A stretch of DNA of 64,000 nucleotides from a virus (IMGVR_UViG_3300046522_000750); one strand, 5' to 3'. Shown: positions 8,905 to 18,362, counted from the first letter of the stretch. The notes: generated by a model not told the origin, from the letters alone. A program made the numbers and translations.

Positions 8905-8981
8905 TGGCGCTCCCGGCAGGACTCGAACCTGCGACCATCCGCTTAGAAGGCGGATGCTCTATCCAGCTGAGCTACGGAAAC
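8905..8981 (-). tRNA. tRNA-Arg(TCT)
   Basis: GTTTCCG...TCCGC-CTTCTAA-GCGGA...GTTCGAGTC...GGAGCGCCA, 77 nt. Confidence 0.95.
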
Positions 8982-9021
8982 GCTGAACAACTATGTTGGG
9001 CGTCTCGTCCAACTGAAATCA

Positions 9022-9050
9022 AGTCTACGGACGCCCTGACAATTTGTCAA
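9022..9050 (-). promoter_or_regulatory. Sigma70 promoter of the tRNA operon
   Basis: TTGACA-17 bp-TAGACT on the minus strand. Confidence 0.8.
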
Positions 9051-9063
9051 TACAGCATAAAAA

Positions 9064-9270
9064 TTATTTCTGACTTTCTTTCTCGGCCAGCACGCGAATC
9101 CTGGTAACCAGGTCGACCTGCTCCTGGCTCAACTGCTTGGGAATCTTGCTCGGATAGCAGTTCTTGAAGTCTTGAGCAGACAACTGAGCGTTGTTCGTCT
9201 CGATGGTGTTGGCCCAGGACTTCAGCGCGTGGGTGATCATCGACTTATCATCGGGAAACAGGCCGGACAT
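9064..9270 (-). CDS. Hypothetical protein
   Basis: GGAG RBS, 68 aa. Confidence 0.7.
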   Translation of the reverse strand: MSGLFPDDKSMITHALKSWANTIETNNAQLSAQDFKNCYPSKIPKQLSQEQVDLVTRIRVLAEKESQK

Positions 9271-9403
9271 GTGGTTTCTCCATCATGGGGACTATGGGCC
9301 TGGCTACAGGCCCTTTGCGAGTACTTGAGTGCGCGTCGTATGCTTAGCGAGAGCGTTTGGCCGGCATGATCCTAGCTGGACTGACGTCCAAAGGTACGAT
9401 CCC

Positions 9404-9874
9404 CTACTTCAGGCCAATCCGATCAATCACCGCCTCCCAGCCTGGCCAATCGATGGTTCCGTACTCCCCTGTGGCGACGTATTTCTCTTCCCACTCAGCC
9501 AGATCCTCCCGCTCTTCATCGTTGATCATGAGGGCGGCTTTGATGATGCGGCGGTCGGGCATCGGAAGATCTTCTTTAGGCTGCCTTATCCGTGGGCTTG
9601 TCAGGCTCAGCTTAGGTTCATTCAGGCTCTTGTTGTAGCGCGATTCGAACGGTTCGTAATTCAGTCGGTTCACGATTGCCAAATTGCGAGCATGGGCGAT
9701 AGCTTCTTCTGGAGTCGTGAAGTTTTCTTCGTCGACTACGCTCCATTCGTCGCGCTCGTAGGAGACACAGTGTTGCAGATCGATGACGGTCAATGTTGTT
9801 TTGGCGCTGAAGGCCACAAAATAAAAGGTATTGCTCACGGGTATCTCCTTTAAGCCTTTCGGTCGTCGTGACAT
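9404..9874 (-). CDS. Hypothetical protein (start may be GTG 9838)
   Basis: Operonic ORF. Confidence 0.7.
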   Translation of the reverse strand: MSRRPKGLKEIPVSNTFYFVAFSAKTTLTVIDLQHCVSYERDEWSVVDEENFTTPEEAIAHARNLAIVNRLNYEPFESRYNKSLNEPKLSLTSPRIRQPKEDLPMPDRRIIKAALMINDEEREDLAEWEEKYVATGEYGTIDWPGWEAVIDRIGLK

Positions 9875-10108
9875 TCAGGCCGCGTGGTTGATCATAGGCT
9901 TTACGCGAGCCCACATCCAGCCCATCAACTCGCCGCAGTTCACACGCGCTTCAACGCGATTGTCACCGGCGTAGTCGCAGACGACTTGCCACGAATCCTC
10001 GGTTTGAAAGCAATGGCCGATAGACTCCACTGGGCCGAACATCCTGGCGGCCAGGAAGCAGCTTTCGTCGCTGAAGTATTGTTTGAGCAGGTCTTTGAAT
10101 TCGTCCAT
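9875..10108 (-). CDS. Hypothetical protein
   Basis: GGGGA RBS, operonic. Confidence 0.7.
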   Translation of the reverse strand: MDEFKDLLKQYFSDESCFLAARMFGPVESIGHCFQTEDSWQVVCDYAGDNRVEARVNCGELMGWMWARVKPMINHAA

Positions 10109-10120
10109 CAGATCGATCCC

Positions 10121-10405
10121 CTACTGCGCCGAATTGAGCTTCTGAAAAGCCTTGTAGTATGCGTCAGCCTGGGCCTTGGCTTCTTCCATGGTTGCGCATG
10201 GTTCATCGCAAGTGTTCTTGCCAAGCCCGTACCAGTACCAACCGGTCTTTCGATCCCAAAACGCTTGGATAACAGCAACAGAGATAATGAGCTTATCGCC
10301 TTCGCGCAGCTGCATGCCTCGAGGCCCTTGACCCATTCCGGCCAAGCCTGTGGCCTTCGGCTGTTTGCGCCACCGTGCGGTGACTTTGGGTTTCTGTTCA
10401 GACAT
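10121..10405 (-). CDS. Hypothetical protein
   Basis: GAGGA RBS before MSEQK. Confidence 0.75.
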   Translation of the reverse strand: MSEQKPKVTARWRKQPKATGLAGMGQGPRGMQLREGDKLIISVAVIQAFWDRKTGWYWYGLGKNTCDEPCATMEEAKAQADAYYKAFQKLNSAQ

Positions 10406-10427
10406 CTCGAATTCCTCTGCATTGAAC

Positions 10428-10446
10428 GGTATGTTTGCAGTATACC
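10428..10446. promoter_or_regulatory. Operator A overlapping a minus-strand -10 (TATACT)
   Basis: GGTATgtttgcagtATACC. Confidence 0.8.
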
Positions 10447-10641
10447 GTAAATTGAGGCTCATGCCAAACAAATAAACCCATTGGCAGACTGCTTAGGTGG
10501 GAAAACCGTATACATTTCCCCTCGCCACAAGCAGGCGGCTCACTCACGCGCTTCATTTCAAGCCTTTTGAAAGCAGAAGGCCCGCACATGGCGGGCCGTC
10601 AAGCGTATACATTCACATGCATTTTTACATGCAAATGAGAA

Positions 10642-10791
10642 TCATTGACAAGCTTCGCAGTCAGGATTCTCCAATGAGCATGCCAACGGCACGCCTTGGG
10701 CTTCAACGTCGAGCAGGAAGTCATCGCCTTCCTGATCTTCTACTGCTGGCTCATCCCAGCTCATTACGGGTGCTGCTGCTTTCTCTGACAT
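10642..10791 (-). CDS. 49-aa mini-protein resembling the NrdA C-terminal redox tail
   Basis: Hand translation MSEKAAAPVMSWDEPAVEDQEGDDFLLDVEAQGVPLACSLENPDCEACQ; GAGGA RBS; below the ORF-track cutoff. Confidence 0.85.
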   Translation of the reverse strand: MSEKAAAPVMSWDEPAVEDQEGDDFLLDVEAQGVPLACSLENPDCEACQ

Positions 10792-10890
10792 GGTGATTTC
10801 CTCTGAAATATCGCTGCAAGAATTACATGATAAGGGCTGCGTCGACGTCGATGCAAGCTTGTCAATTTGCAGTTAAGTGTTGACATTATG

Positions 10891-10909
10891 AGTATAGCAT
10901 AAACATACT
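10891..10909. promoter_or_regulatory. Operator A
   Basis: AGTATagcataaacATACT downstream of TTGACA. Confidence 0.75.
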
Positions 10910-10998
10910 GTTGACTGAAATTTGTAGCAGGGAAAGGGATCAACCCCAACAAATCAAGCCTGGCTCAGTCAGCATTTTACATTTGGGAGGGTCATACA

Positions 10999-11505
10999 GT
11001 GCCCGCAGAAGTCACCACCGTCACATTGCTCAATGGCGAGATCAGCCACTGGAGCATCAGTCGCAACCTCGGGAGCCTATATCGCCCAGTCAATAAGCAG
11101 GCTGATGATCAGGAGGCAGTCAACTTACTACAGGGTGATCCAGAGCTTCAGGATCGCCTGATCTCTATGATTTGGCCGGAGGTCAACGATTTAGCCTCGA
11201 TAGCTCGTAAGGACGCAAGATTTGGAATTCTGTTTGAGCGCCGCTTCAATTGCGCCGAGGCAGCCTTGCAGACTGGCCATCACGTGGCGCCGCGAATGAG
11301 GGTTGAACAGCGGATTTTGGCAGATATTGCCAGCGAGCTTCGCCGCAACCCCAAGCTTGAAATGGTAGATCTTGCCATTGCCGATCCTGAACATGTCAAA
11401 AACTCCATGGTCGGCCTTTGGGCATTTGTCCCGGTCGACGTAATGCACGCCAATGACTGGGATTTTCACTTTCTGGATGATGTCATCGCCCTGCTGGTCG
11501 AATAA
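10999..11505 (+). CDS. Hypothetical protein, paralog of 46649 and 48243
   Basis: GGAGG RBS; VTLLNG...WSIS...VGLWAFVP. Confidence 0.8.
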   Translation: MPAEVTTVTLLNGEISHWSISRNLGSLYRPVNKQADDQEAVNLLQGDPELQDRLISMIWPEVNDLASIARKDARFGILFERRFNCAEAALQTGHHVAPRMRVEQRILADIASELRRNPKLEMVDLAIADPEHVKNSMVGLWAFVPVDVMHANDWDFHFLDDVIALLVE

Positions 11506-11519
11506 ACATTTTGCGTACA

Positions 11520-11552
11520 AAAGCCACCGCGCCCTTGCTGTGGCTTTTTTTT
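11520..11552 (+). terminator. Intrinsic terminator
   Basis: AAAGCCAC...GTGGCTTTTTTT. Confidence 0.7.
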
Positions 11553-11596
11553 CGACCCAAGGAAAGTGATGTGAGATTGCACAATTTGCACAAAAG

Positions 11597-11615
11597 GGTA
11601 TACTCGTAGAATACC
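11597..11615. promoter_or_regulatory. Operator A over -10
   Basis: GGTATactcgtagaATACC. Confidence 0.8.
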
Positions 11616-11640
11616 AATTGAAGGATTCAGGGAGCCTACC

Positions 11641-11979
11641 ATGCTGATTGCCACCGACTACACGATCTTGCGAGGCGTTATCCCAGGCAAAGGCAATATC
11701 GCCCTTGAGCGTGAGCCCATTCGCCTTGGGACGCTGGTCAATGAGGCCCTGTTCGAGTCGAGCGGCCATGAGATTCTTCAATTTCGCACGGTCTTGCTTG
11801 AAGAGCGCATGCACGACTGGGACTGGTCTCACGGGCAGCTTCGTTATCACACAGGTAGCCGTGATGCCTGTGACGTCCTGCTGGTGTTTGCCGAGAAAGA
11901 AGTCCTGTTCTGCACCCAGTGCGGAGCGAAAAAAGATGACGCTACCCTTGATCCATGTGAGGCCTGCAAAAAGGTTTAG
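11641..11979 (+). CDS. Hypothetical protein, C-terminal zinc ribbon
   Basis: FCTQCG...CEAC; GGAG RBS. Confidence 0.75.
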   Translation: MLIATDYTILRGVIPGKGNIALEREPIRLGTLVNEALFESSGHEILQFRTVLLEERMHDWDWSHGQLRYHTGSRDACDVLLVFAEKEVLFCTQCGAKKDDATLDPCEACKKV

Positions 11980-12005
11980 TTGCCGCTAATTAGTGCTTGT
12001 TTAAC

Positions 12006-12024
12006 GGTATATTTGTAGTATACT
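12006..12024. promoter_or_regulatory. Operator A
   Basis: GGTATatttgtagtATACT. Confidence 0.75.
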
Positions 12025-12057
12025 GCAAATACACCACAAACAAGCCTAGAGGCAGCC

Positions 12058-12558
12058 ATGTCAAAGACGACCTTTTTCCCGAACCTGCGCATTGCCAGAG
12101 ACCTGAAAATTTCCCTCAAGAAAGAAAAGGTCGAAGGTGGCTACTCCTGCAGCTACAAGTACAGCGTTCGTTTTGACGGTCGTCTTCTGGGCAACATCAG
12201 CCAAGACCTGCCGTCCACTGGCGTCCAAACCAGCATTTCCCTTGAAGACTGCCAAGTACTGGTGGATGCTCTGAAGGCAAAAGGCGCTTCGCCAGAAGCC
12301 ATGGCCGAGTTTCATTTCCTGCCCGCCGATGCCATGGTCTCTGGCCTGCTCAGCACCATCCTTGGCGAGGAAGAATCGCTGCAGAAAATGAAGCGTCGGG
12401 CAAAAACCAAGATTCTGTGGGTCACCCATGACGCCAAGCCCGGCGATTTCATGGAAATGAAGCATCTTTTTTCTGAATACGGAAAGCGGTCGATCATTGC
12501 CGCTTATCCCGAGAATACTATCGCCTTCTTCATTAACGATGATATTGCCGATCTTTGA
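12058..12558 (+). CDS. Hypothetical protein, paralog of 12627
   Basis: C-terminal IAFFINDDI versus IAYFVNEDI. Confidence 0.8.
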   Translation: MSKTTFFPNLRIARDLKISLKKEKVEGGYSCSYKYSVRFDGRLLGNISQDLPSTGVQTSISLEDCQVLVDALKAKGASPEAMAEFHFLPADAMVSGLLSTILGEEESLQKMKRRAKTKILWVTHDAKPGDFMEMKHLFSEYGKRSIIAAYPENTIAFFINDDIADL

Positions 12559-12626
12559 TTGGCCGCACCTAACCCTGCCTGATACTGCCGATTTTTGATC
12601 GGCAGTTCTGACTCAAGGAAGACGAC

Positions 12627-13130
12627 ATGAATACCATGTTCCCTGCGTTGCGCGCTGCCAAAGCCATTGATCTGGTGCTGAAGAACGTTGTAGTCACTGA
12701 CACCAACAATGTTCAGCACATGTCTTGTGATATTTACCTTGCCGGCAGCAAGCTGGGCAGCTTTGTTGACCATGGCAATGGCGGTTGCGGCCATTTCTCG
12801 GTCATTCGCAGCGATGCCGAAATCCTCTATGCGCAGATGCGCAAAGCCAACTTGCCTGTTTTGCCCAACGATAAAGCCGAGGCCATGATGATTGGGCCTT
12901 ACGCCGAATCGGCCCTGATCAACCTGATTTGCGAAACGTCCATGCTTAAGACGTTCAAGAAATACTGCAAGAAGCATACGGTCATCGTGTTCAAGGACAC
13001 CATGCAGGGTGAGTACTCGAAATACCCGCACCCCTTCACAAGCGAGAATCGCAGCGCGGCGGTAGCCAAGCTTGGCAGTCGCATTGCGTACTTCGTCAAT
13101 GAAGACATCACGAGCCTTGAAGCCGCCTAA
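12627..13130 (+). CDS. Hypothetical protein, paralog of 12058
   Basis: AAGGA RBS. Confidence 0.8.
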   Translation: MNTMFPALRAAKAIDLVLKNVVVTDTNNVQHMSCDIYLAGSKLGSFVDHGNGGCGHFSVIRSDAEILYAQMRKANLPVLPNDKAEAMMIGPYAESALINLICETSMLKTFKKYCKKHTVIVFKDTMQGEYSKYPHPFTSENRSAAVAKLGSRIAYFVNEDITSLEAA

Positions 13131-13181
13131 ATGGCCTGGGGCCTTCGGGCTCCCTTCCCACTCCTTACCAGGTAGACCCTC

Positions 13182-13739
13182 ATGCCCGTCACTGATGATC
13201 TCGCGCTGAATCGCTTGTTCGCCCTGCCCTACTGGGAACAGAAAAAGCTGTTTGCGGAGTACAAATGCACAATCAGCTTCGACACGCTCGAACAGATGGT
13301 TGCCCACGTGGCAGCGGCTGGCATTCCACTGCACGGTTTTGACAATAGTCGACTGCCAGTTTCAGAGATCATCACTGGCAATTGCCTTGTGATGCGCTCA
13401 GCGCCCAATTTCATCTTTAAGCAAGAAAAGTTCCTGTCCTATGTAATCTGCCCGTCAGGCAAGCCTTGTTTGCTGAGATTGGGCACGATCCATGCTGGCA
13501 GCGTCGATGAGGCGATTGCCTGGCTGTCGAGTCCTGAATTTGCCGAAAATAAATCTCAGATCATCGCTGAAAACGATGCCGAACTTCATGAGCATGACTA
13601 TGAGGCTACAGTACGGATTGCTGGGGGCAATGAGTCTGACCCCACTGTTGCCATGCACAAGCGGTTCTTTGCTGGCTTTCTACCTTGGGAGCGATCCCGG
13701 CCACAATCTGTGCTGTTCGGTGAAGAAAACCCGGACTGA
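13182..13739 (+). CDS. Hypothetical protein
   Basis: 185-aa ORF. Confidence 0.75.
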   Translation: MPVTDDLALNRLFALPYWEQKKLFAEYKCTISFDTLEQMVAHVAAAGIPLHGFDNSRLPVSEIITGNCLVMRSAPNFIFKQEKFLSYVICPSGKPCLLRLGTIHAGSVDEAIAWLSSPEFAENKSQIIAENDAELHEHDYEATVRIAGGNESDPTVAMHKRFFAGFLPWERSRPQSVLFGEENPD

Positions 13740-13795
13740 CTTTGCGAATTACCGAAAATTGGCCAGACCAGAACTTGTCAATTAGCATCTAATCC

Positions 13796-13814
13796 GGTAT
13801 GCTGCCGGAATACC
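13796..13814. promoter_or_regulatory. Operator A over -10
   Basis: GGTATgctgccggaATACC. Confidence 0.75.
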
Positions 13815-13838
13815 ATAACAAGTGGCAGTGAGGCCCTT

Positions 13839-14264
13839 ATGAGCGCATTTACCCAGCGAGTTCCGTTAACCGGTGAGCCGGTTGAGTTCGAGACAGTTCA
13901 CCTCATGGGTGCCCCCCTGGACTGGGCGATGTCTGTTGCCTTGAAAGTGCCTGTCACGGTTTCTGTGAGTGGTCAGTGCTGGCTGGCTGAGAAGCCCAAG
14001 CAAATGTACTCCCCTCACTCGAGATTTCGCCAAGGCGCCGAATTGCTAGACCGCTTTAACGTGCAGTTGACCACGGGTGCAACCACTGGCGGTCGTGTGG
14101 CACAGATCGATGACTTCTTCTGCTGCGGCCCCGACATGCTGATCGCGACTTGTCGCGTCATTGTCATGAAGCTGCTCGGCCCCAAGGTGATGATCCCCTA
14201 TGATCTAGCCCAGGCTTTCCTGATCCGCGAGCTTGAACGCACTGTCGTCAGCGAGGTGGCTTGA
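13839..14264 (+). CDS. DUF2591/NinX-like phage protein
   Basis: L-G--LDWA...YSP...G-ELL...GP--LIA-CR-IV...LG--V-IP pattern. Confidence 0.65.
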   Translation: MSAFTQRVPLTGEPVEFETVHLMGAPLDWAMSVALKVPVTVSVSGQCWLAEKPKQMYSPHSRFRQGAELLDRFNVQLTTGATTGGRVAQIDDFFCCGPDMLIATCRVIVMKLLGPKVMIPYDLAQAFLIRELERTVVSEVA

Positions 14265-14701
14265 TCATGGGCGAAATGAGGCTCACGCCAGAACAAATTC
14301 ACGACCAATTGGTTGGAAACAGCCAGGCGCTGGTTGATCTGCTCAAGCAGCAGATCCAGGAGAAGCAAGCGCTTCTGGCCCGAGTGGCCGAACTGGAAGT
14401 CATGGTTGGATTGCCAGTCAGCGAAGAACCTTCGCAGCACGTGGGAGTGCACGCCTCCAGGCACCGGAACAATCCACTGGAAGCCACCATGAGTCATTGG
14501 TGGGCTGAAAAACAAGAGCGGGGCCATCTGCTCAGTTATTTGCTCGGTACGGGGAATCAGCAAGCCTTTGTCACTCAGCGTGACGCCACGGTCGCTGCGA
14601 CCTTGATCCAGTGGCTCGCCTCAGACGCCGGCCAGAACTTCCTGTGCGACGTTCACCGGCTGACACAAGGTCAATTCCTTAAAGAGTTAGTTATCGATTA
14701 A
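14261..14701 (+). CDS. Hypothetical protein
   Basis: Overlapping stop/start; coiled-coil-like N-terminus. Confidence 0.7.
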   Translation: MIMGEMRLTPEQIHDQLVGNSQALVDLLKQQIQEKQALLARVAELEVMVGLPVSEEPSQHVGVHASRHRNNPLEATMSHWWAEKQERGHLLSYLLGTGNQQAFVTQRDATVAATLIQWLASDAGQNFLCDVHRLTQGQFLKELVID

Positions 14702-14747
14702 TTCTTTGTCAATTTATCACTAAGCACTTGCAACTAAGCTTGTTTTC

Positions 14748-14766
14748 GGTATACTGCAAATATACC
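14748..14766. promoter_or_regulatory. Operator A over -10
   Basis: GGTATactgcaaatATACC; TTGCAA -35 upstream. Confidence 0.8.
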
Positions 14767-14832
14767 GGAAGCGAGCTGCTGTGCGTAGATCCTTCCTCTC
14801 CTCTACTGCTCCACTGCATACGAGATTTCCGC

Positions 14833-14967
14833 ATGATGCGCTTTCTCTTCATTACCCAGACCTGCGGCACCAAGATGATCATGGCCGATGACATCAACCA
14901 TGCTTGGGACAAATTTGAAACCTGCGGCTTTCTGCGCAGTGAATGCCTGACCGTTTCCGAGGATTGA
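14833..14967 (+). CDS. Small hypothetical protein
   Basis: 44 aa between the promoter and the next gene. Confidence 0.5.
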   Translation: MMRFLFITQTCGTKMIMADDINHAWDKFETCGFLRSECLTVSED

Positions 14968-14970
14968 TCG

Positions 14971-15384
14971 ATGAACATCTTGAAACGCGTTGTCGCTGCC
15001 GCAGCCTGCACAGGATTCTTTGCCTACGGTGCCTTGCTGTGCACCATCGCTTACAGCGGGTACAGCATGTGGATGCTGCTGTTGGGTATGGCGGCACTTG
15101 CAGCCTTCTGTTTGTCGCTGTTGATTGGCCCATTGTTGCGCGACTTGACGGCCAGCATCAGGCATAAGCTGTTCCACCTCGTTGCCGTACAACGCGTTCG
15201 CCTTAAGATCATCGGCAACATCGTGACCTTTCTGCTGCTTTTCGGAGCGGCCTATGGCTTTATCTGGTTCGGCTCCGAGTACGCCGGTGCGATTGAATCG
15301 TGGATTTCGACGGCAAGCATTGCGGTCGGCACGCTCTTCGCTGTGACTGCCTTCCTGCATCAGCCATGGAACGTCAAAGCATGA
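14971..15384 (+). CDS. Hypothetical membrane protein (4 TM)
   Basis: Hydrophobic; GAGGA RBS. Confidence 0.75.
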   Translation: MNILKRVVAAAACTGFFAYGALLCTIAYSGYSMWMLLLGMAALAAFCLSLLIGPLLRDLTASIRHKLFHLVAVQRVRLKIIGNIVTFLLLFGAAYGFIWFGSEYAGAIESWISTASIAVGTLFAVTAFLHQPWNVKA

Positions 15385-16190
15385 GCAAGCTGATCGCGAT
15401 GTCCCACAGTGACCTGTTCAAGGCTGCCAAGGGGCTGGATGTCGACGCGCTGGCTGAAGACCTGCGCACGGCACCTTGGCCTGAAGTGGATAAGCCTGTG
15501 GTGCCGTCCGGTGAATTACAGATCAACTGCGGCAAGCTGCGGGTAATGGATGCGTCCTACCCCCTCGACCCTGAGTTAGATGGGCAAAGCGCCCATACCC
15601 TGACCAACGTCAAGAACGGCAAGTGGCTGGCCGGTGCGTTGACCGCGCATGACGCATCCGACATCAAGCGATTCCAGTATTGGCACAACCAGCGCATTGA
15701 CCGCTTGGTGAGCAATCACAAAGAACGCGAGCGCGATGACGATGATGTCTACTACGTGATGAATGATCTGAGCGAGGTGGTCACCTCGTACAAGCGAGCT
15801 ACAAGTCTGGGTGGTGTTGTGCACTTCCTGCACATCCAGCATGAAGACCTTAACGACCCGGTGAGTGAATGTCTTGACGGCCTTGAACTCGTTCCCGGTC
15901 AGATCGAGATTGAGCGTGGGATCGCTGGTTTCTTTGATCTGGAATGGATCACTGCTCAGCACCCAGCAGACGATAAAAACGACGAGCGCTTCGTGCATGA
16001 AGGCTGGAAGGCGTACTATCAACGCATGTGCGACCTTACCCCAGAAGCAACACTGTTTGGCACTGCCGAGCATGTGGCGGTCGCTTACGGACGCAATGGT
16101 GGCCCGCAGTGCTACATCAAACGTGATGCAGCCGGCCAGATCATCGCGGCCCGTCTTGTGTTCATCCAACCAGAATATTTGAGAGTTTAG
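15381..16190 (+). CDS. Hypothetical protein (DUF4241-like)
   Basis: G-L-V-D--Y...VKNGKW...G-I-I--G-AGFFD...YG--G pattern. Confidence 0.7.
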   Translation: MSKLIAMSHSDLFKAAKGLDVDALAEDLRTAPWPEVDKPVVPSGELQINCGKLRVMDASYPLDPELDGQSAHTLTNVKNGKWLAGALTAHDASDIKRFQYWHNQRIDRLVSNHKERERDDDDVYYVMNDLSEVVTSYKRATSLGGVVHFLHIQHEDLNDPVSECLDGLELVPGQIEIERGIAGFFDLEWITAQHPADDKNDERFVHEGWKAYYQRMCDLTPEATLFGTAEHVAVAYGRNGGPQCYIKRDAAGQIIAARLVFIQPEYLRV

Positions 16191-16201
16191 GGAGAGGCAC
16201 C

Positions 16202-16546
16202 ATGGCACTGAAAACGACCGGTAAAGAACTGAAGGCGTTCCTGGCTGACGATTCGATCTGGCCTGACGCTTCTGATAACAATGTCTTTCACGAAGAAGTC
16301 ACCTTGATGGTCGGTGGTGTCGAGCGTGATTCTGACTACTTGTCAAATATTAATGACGATGAAGCCGTCACCATCACCGGTGGCTATGTCTCTTCGGTTG
16401 GTTTGACCGAGGTCGACTGTACTTTCGAGGCCTATCTGAAGAAATGGCGCAAGCAGCAGAACACTGTGTACCTGTCGGTGAGCGTGCCGAAGGACAAGGC
16501 TGAGGCCGTTAAGGCGGCGATCAAGGCCGCTGGTGGGTCGTGCTGA
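16202..16546 (+). CDS. Hypothetical protein
   Basis: GGAGAGG RBS. Confidence 0.8.
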   Translation: MALKTTGKELKAFLADDSIWPDASDNNVFHEEVTLMVGGVERDSDYLSNINDDEAVTITGGYVSSVGLTEVDCTFEAYLKKWRKQQNTVYLSVSVPKDKAEAVKAAIKAAGGSC

Positions 16547-16761
16547 TGGTTCGGAGTATTCTGCCTCCGTGGATCTCCACCAAGAAGCGTCCCCCAAAGG
16601 GTGAAGAGTTCATCTTCATGGACGAAAATGGTGGGTATCACCTGGCCAAGTACAACGGCCAATACGTGTGCCCGGTGATCTACGGTAATGCGCCGAACGT
16701 AGAGCGCAACCTCAGTGAATTCGTGTGTTACACACCCATCATCGCACCACAGGTTGCCTAA
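16540..16761 (+). CDS. Hypothetical protein (DUF551-like WIS-K-R-P motif)
   Basis: Operonic overlap. Confidence 0.6.
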   Translation: MLMVRSILPPWISTKKRPPKGEEFIFMDENGGYHLAKYNGQYVCPVIYGNAPNVERNLSEFVCYTPIIAPQVA

Positions 16762-16762
16762 A

Positions 16763-17071
16763 ATGGATAATTCCATGTTTTCGCCAAAACCCATCGTTGC
16801 CGTTCGCGCCGTGTACGAGGCCGAGATTCAGTGGTATTGGGCTGATAGCCATGTGCATGACCAGGACTACCATAACAAGGTCAATGATGCGGTGGACGCT
16901 GAGATCAAGCGCGTCTGCGATCCGTCACCAACGCTGTACCAGGACACACGCTATTGCTGCCAGTGGGAAGGCATCAAGCTGATCGGTGAAAGCCTGGAGC
17001 AAGTCCGCCAAGCTGGCGAGCAGGTGGCCAAGGTCTTGGGCCGCTACAAATTCCTTCTCCACTTTGAATGA
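16763..17071 (+). CDS. Hypothetical protein
   Basis: Operonic. Confidence 0.7.
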   Translation: MDNSMFSPKPIVAVRAVYEAEIQWYWADSHVHDQDYHNKVNDAVDAEIKRVCDPSPTLYQDTRYCCQWEGIKLIGESLEQVRQAGEQVAKVLGRYKFLLHFE

Positions 17072-17127
17072 TTGCTGGGCAATGTGTATTTAACCGCACA
17101 TTGCCATTGCTATCGGTTCTGTTAAAC

Positions 17128-17146
17128 AGTACACTACGAGCATACC
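17128..17146. promoter_or_regulatory. Operator A (1 mismatch)
   Basis: AGTACactacgagcATACC. Confidence 0.7.
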
Positions 17147-17167
17147 CGAATTGCGAAGGATGTTGCA

Positions 17168-17713
17168 GTGTCCAGTGAATTGACCCCGCTCAACCCCTGT
17201 CCGGCAGCGACCAAGCGCGTCACCGACGCTTTTGAGATCCCGACTTGCTGCCGGTACTGCCAGGGCAAGGTCAGCGTTGTACATCACCGCGACATCTACT
17301 TCGGCCAAGTCTTCAACGACTGGCCCTGGGCCTACAAGTGCGACTCTTGCACCGCCCGTATCGGCATGCACCCAAAGACCAACCTGCCCCTTGGCAACCT
17401 CGCAGATGACAAGCTGCGCAAGGTGCGCAATGTCTGCAAGCCCGCGTTCGAGCAAATCTGGAAATCCGGCCTGATGGATCGCAATGGCGCCTATCGCTGG
17501 CTGTCCAAAGAGCTTGGCAAGCCGATAGAACTTTGCCACTTCGGCCTGTTCGAAGTTGATGACTGCCTTAAGGCCAAGGCCGCGAGCGAGAAGCTCATGG
17601 CCAACAAGCCCAGCGCCATGGGCATGGCCTTCAGCAAGGCAAGGAAAAAGGCCCAACTGCCCGAGTACATCCCGATGCCAGCCAGCGGCCCACAGATGGA
17701 TTTGCTACTGTGA
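17168..17713 (+). CDS. DUF3268-family zinc-finger protein
   Basis: CRYC...CDSC-A-IGMHP-T--PLG-LAD--LR...R--AY-WL...CHFG-F. Confidence 0.8.
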   Translation: MSSELTPLNPCPAATKRVTDAFEIPTCCRYCQGKVSVVHHRDIYFGQVFNDWPWAYKCDSCTARIGMHPKTNLPLGNLADDKLRKVRNVCKPAFEQIWKSGLMDRNGAYRWLSKELGKPIELCHFGLFEVDDCLKAKAASEKLMANKPSAMGMAFSKARKKAQLPEYIPMPASGPQMDLLL

Positions 17714-17758
17714 TGTCTGCACCCCAATCCTTTGTCCTGCCCTCACGGAGCGAGATCA

Positions 17759-18211
17759 ATGAATGAGCAGCAGCAACTCGCCATCTTCGCCGTTAAGGCG
17801 GCTGCCGAGGCCTGCCGGTCTGACCCGGCGATCTATGAGAAAGGCGCTTACCAAGTGGGCATCAGCGTCATTGCCGAAGCTGAAAAATACCTGATTGACG
17901 CTATCGAAGGCCGAATCATTGGCGAGACGACAAGCCGCACCTACAAAAATTTCGACATGGCTGCGGCCAAGCTTGTGCTGCTGTCCGTGGAATTTGGCGA
18001 GATCTTTGATCGACTGATGGTCAACATCTGCCTTGGCCAGCCGTTTGCCAGCTACACTGGTTTTGTGGCGACCTCTTGCTTCTTCCGCTCCCTGTCCGAC
18101 GATCATGACTATGTGCTTGTCGAGAATGGCGAGCATCCGGTGATTGTGATCGAGGATGGCTATCTTCTAGGCCCGGCGTCACTGCATTCATTCCTGAGCC
18201 GGTTGATCTAG
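17759..18211 (+). CDS. Hypothetical protein
   Basis: GGAG RBS. Confidence 0.7.
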   Translation: MNEQQQLAIFAVKAAAEACRSDPAIYEKGAYQVGISVIAEAEKYLIDAIEGRIIGETTSRTYKNFDMAAAKLVLLSVEFGEIFDRLMVNICLGQPFASYTGFVATSCFFRSLSDDHDYVLVENGEHPVIVIEDGYLLGPASLHSFLSRLI

Positions 18212-18223
18212 CCTTCAGGATTA

Positions 18224-18288
18224 TTTGCACTCAAATGCAAAATAGTCTTTGACTACCTGTCAATTTATGGGTATTCTTTGCACATACC
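18224..18288 (+). promoter_or_regulatory. Promoter with upstream box C (18224-18241) and operator A (18270-18288)
   Basis: TTTGCActcaaaTGCAAA ... TTGACT ... GGTATtctttgcacATACC. Confidence 0.8.
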
Positions 18289-18362
18289 GGTTCGGCACGA
18301 TGGGTTTGGTACTCACAAACCCGAAGTGACTGACCTTAACACCGTGTACAAGGTTGATGATC

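Noticed and set aside
8904-9107. 67-aa ORF MALPAGLEPAT...
   Set aside because: It is the antisense reading of tRNA-Arg(TCT).
10497-10796. 99-aa plus-strand ORF
   Set aside because: It overlaps antisense the RBS-supported 49-aa NrdA-tail ORF and crosses a terminator-like hairpin.
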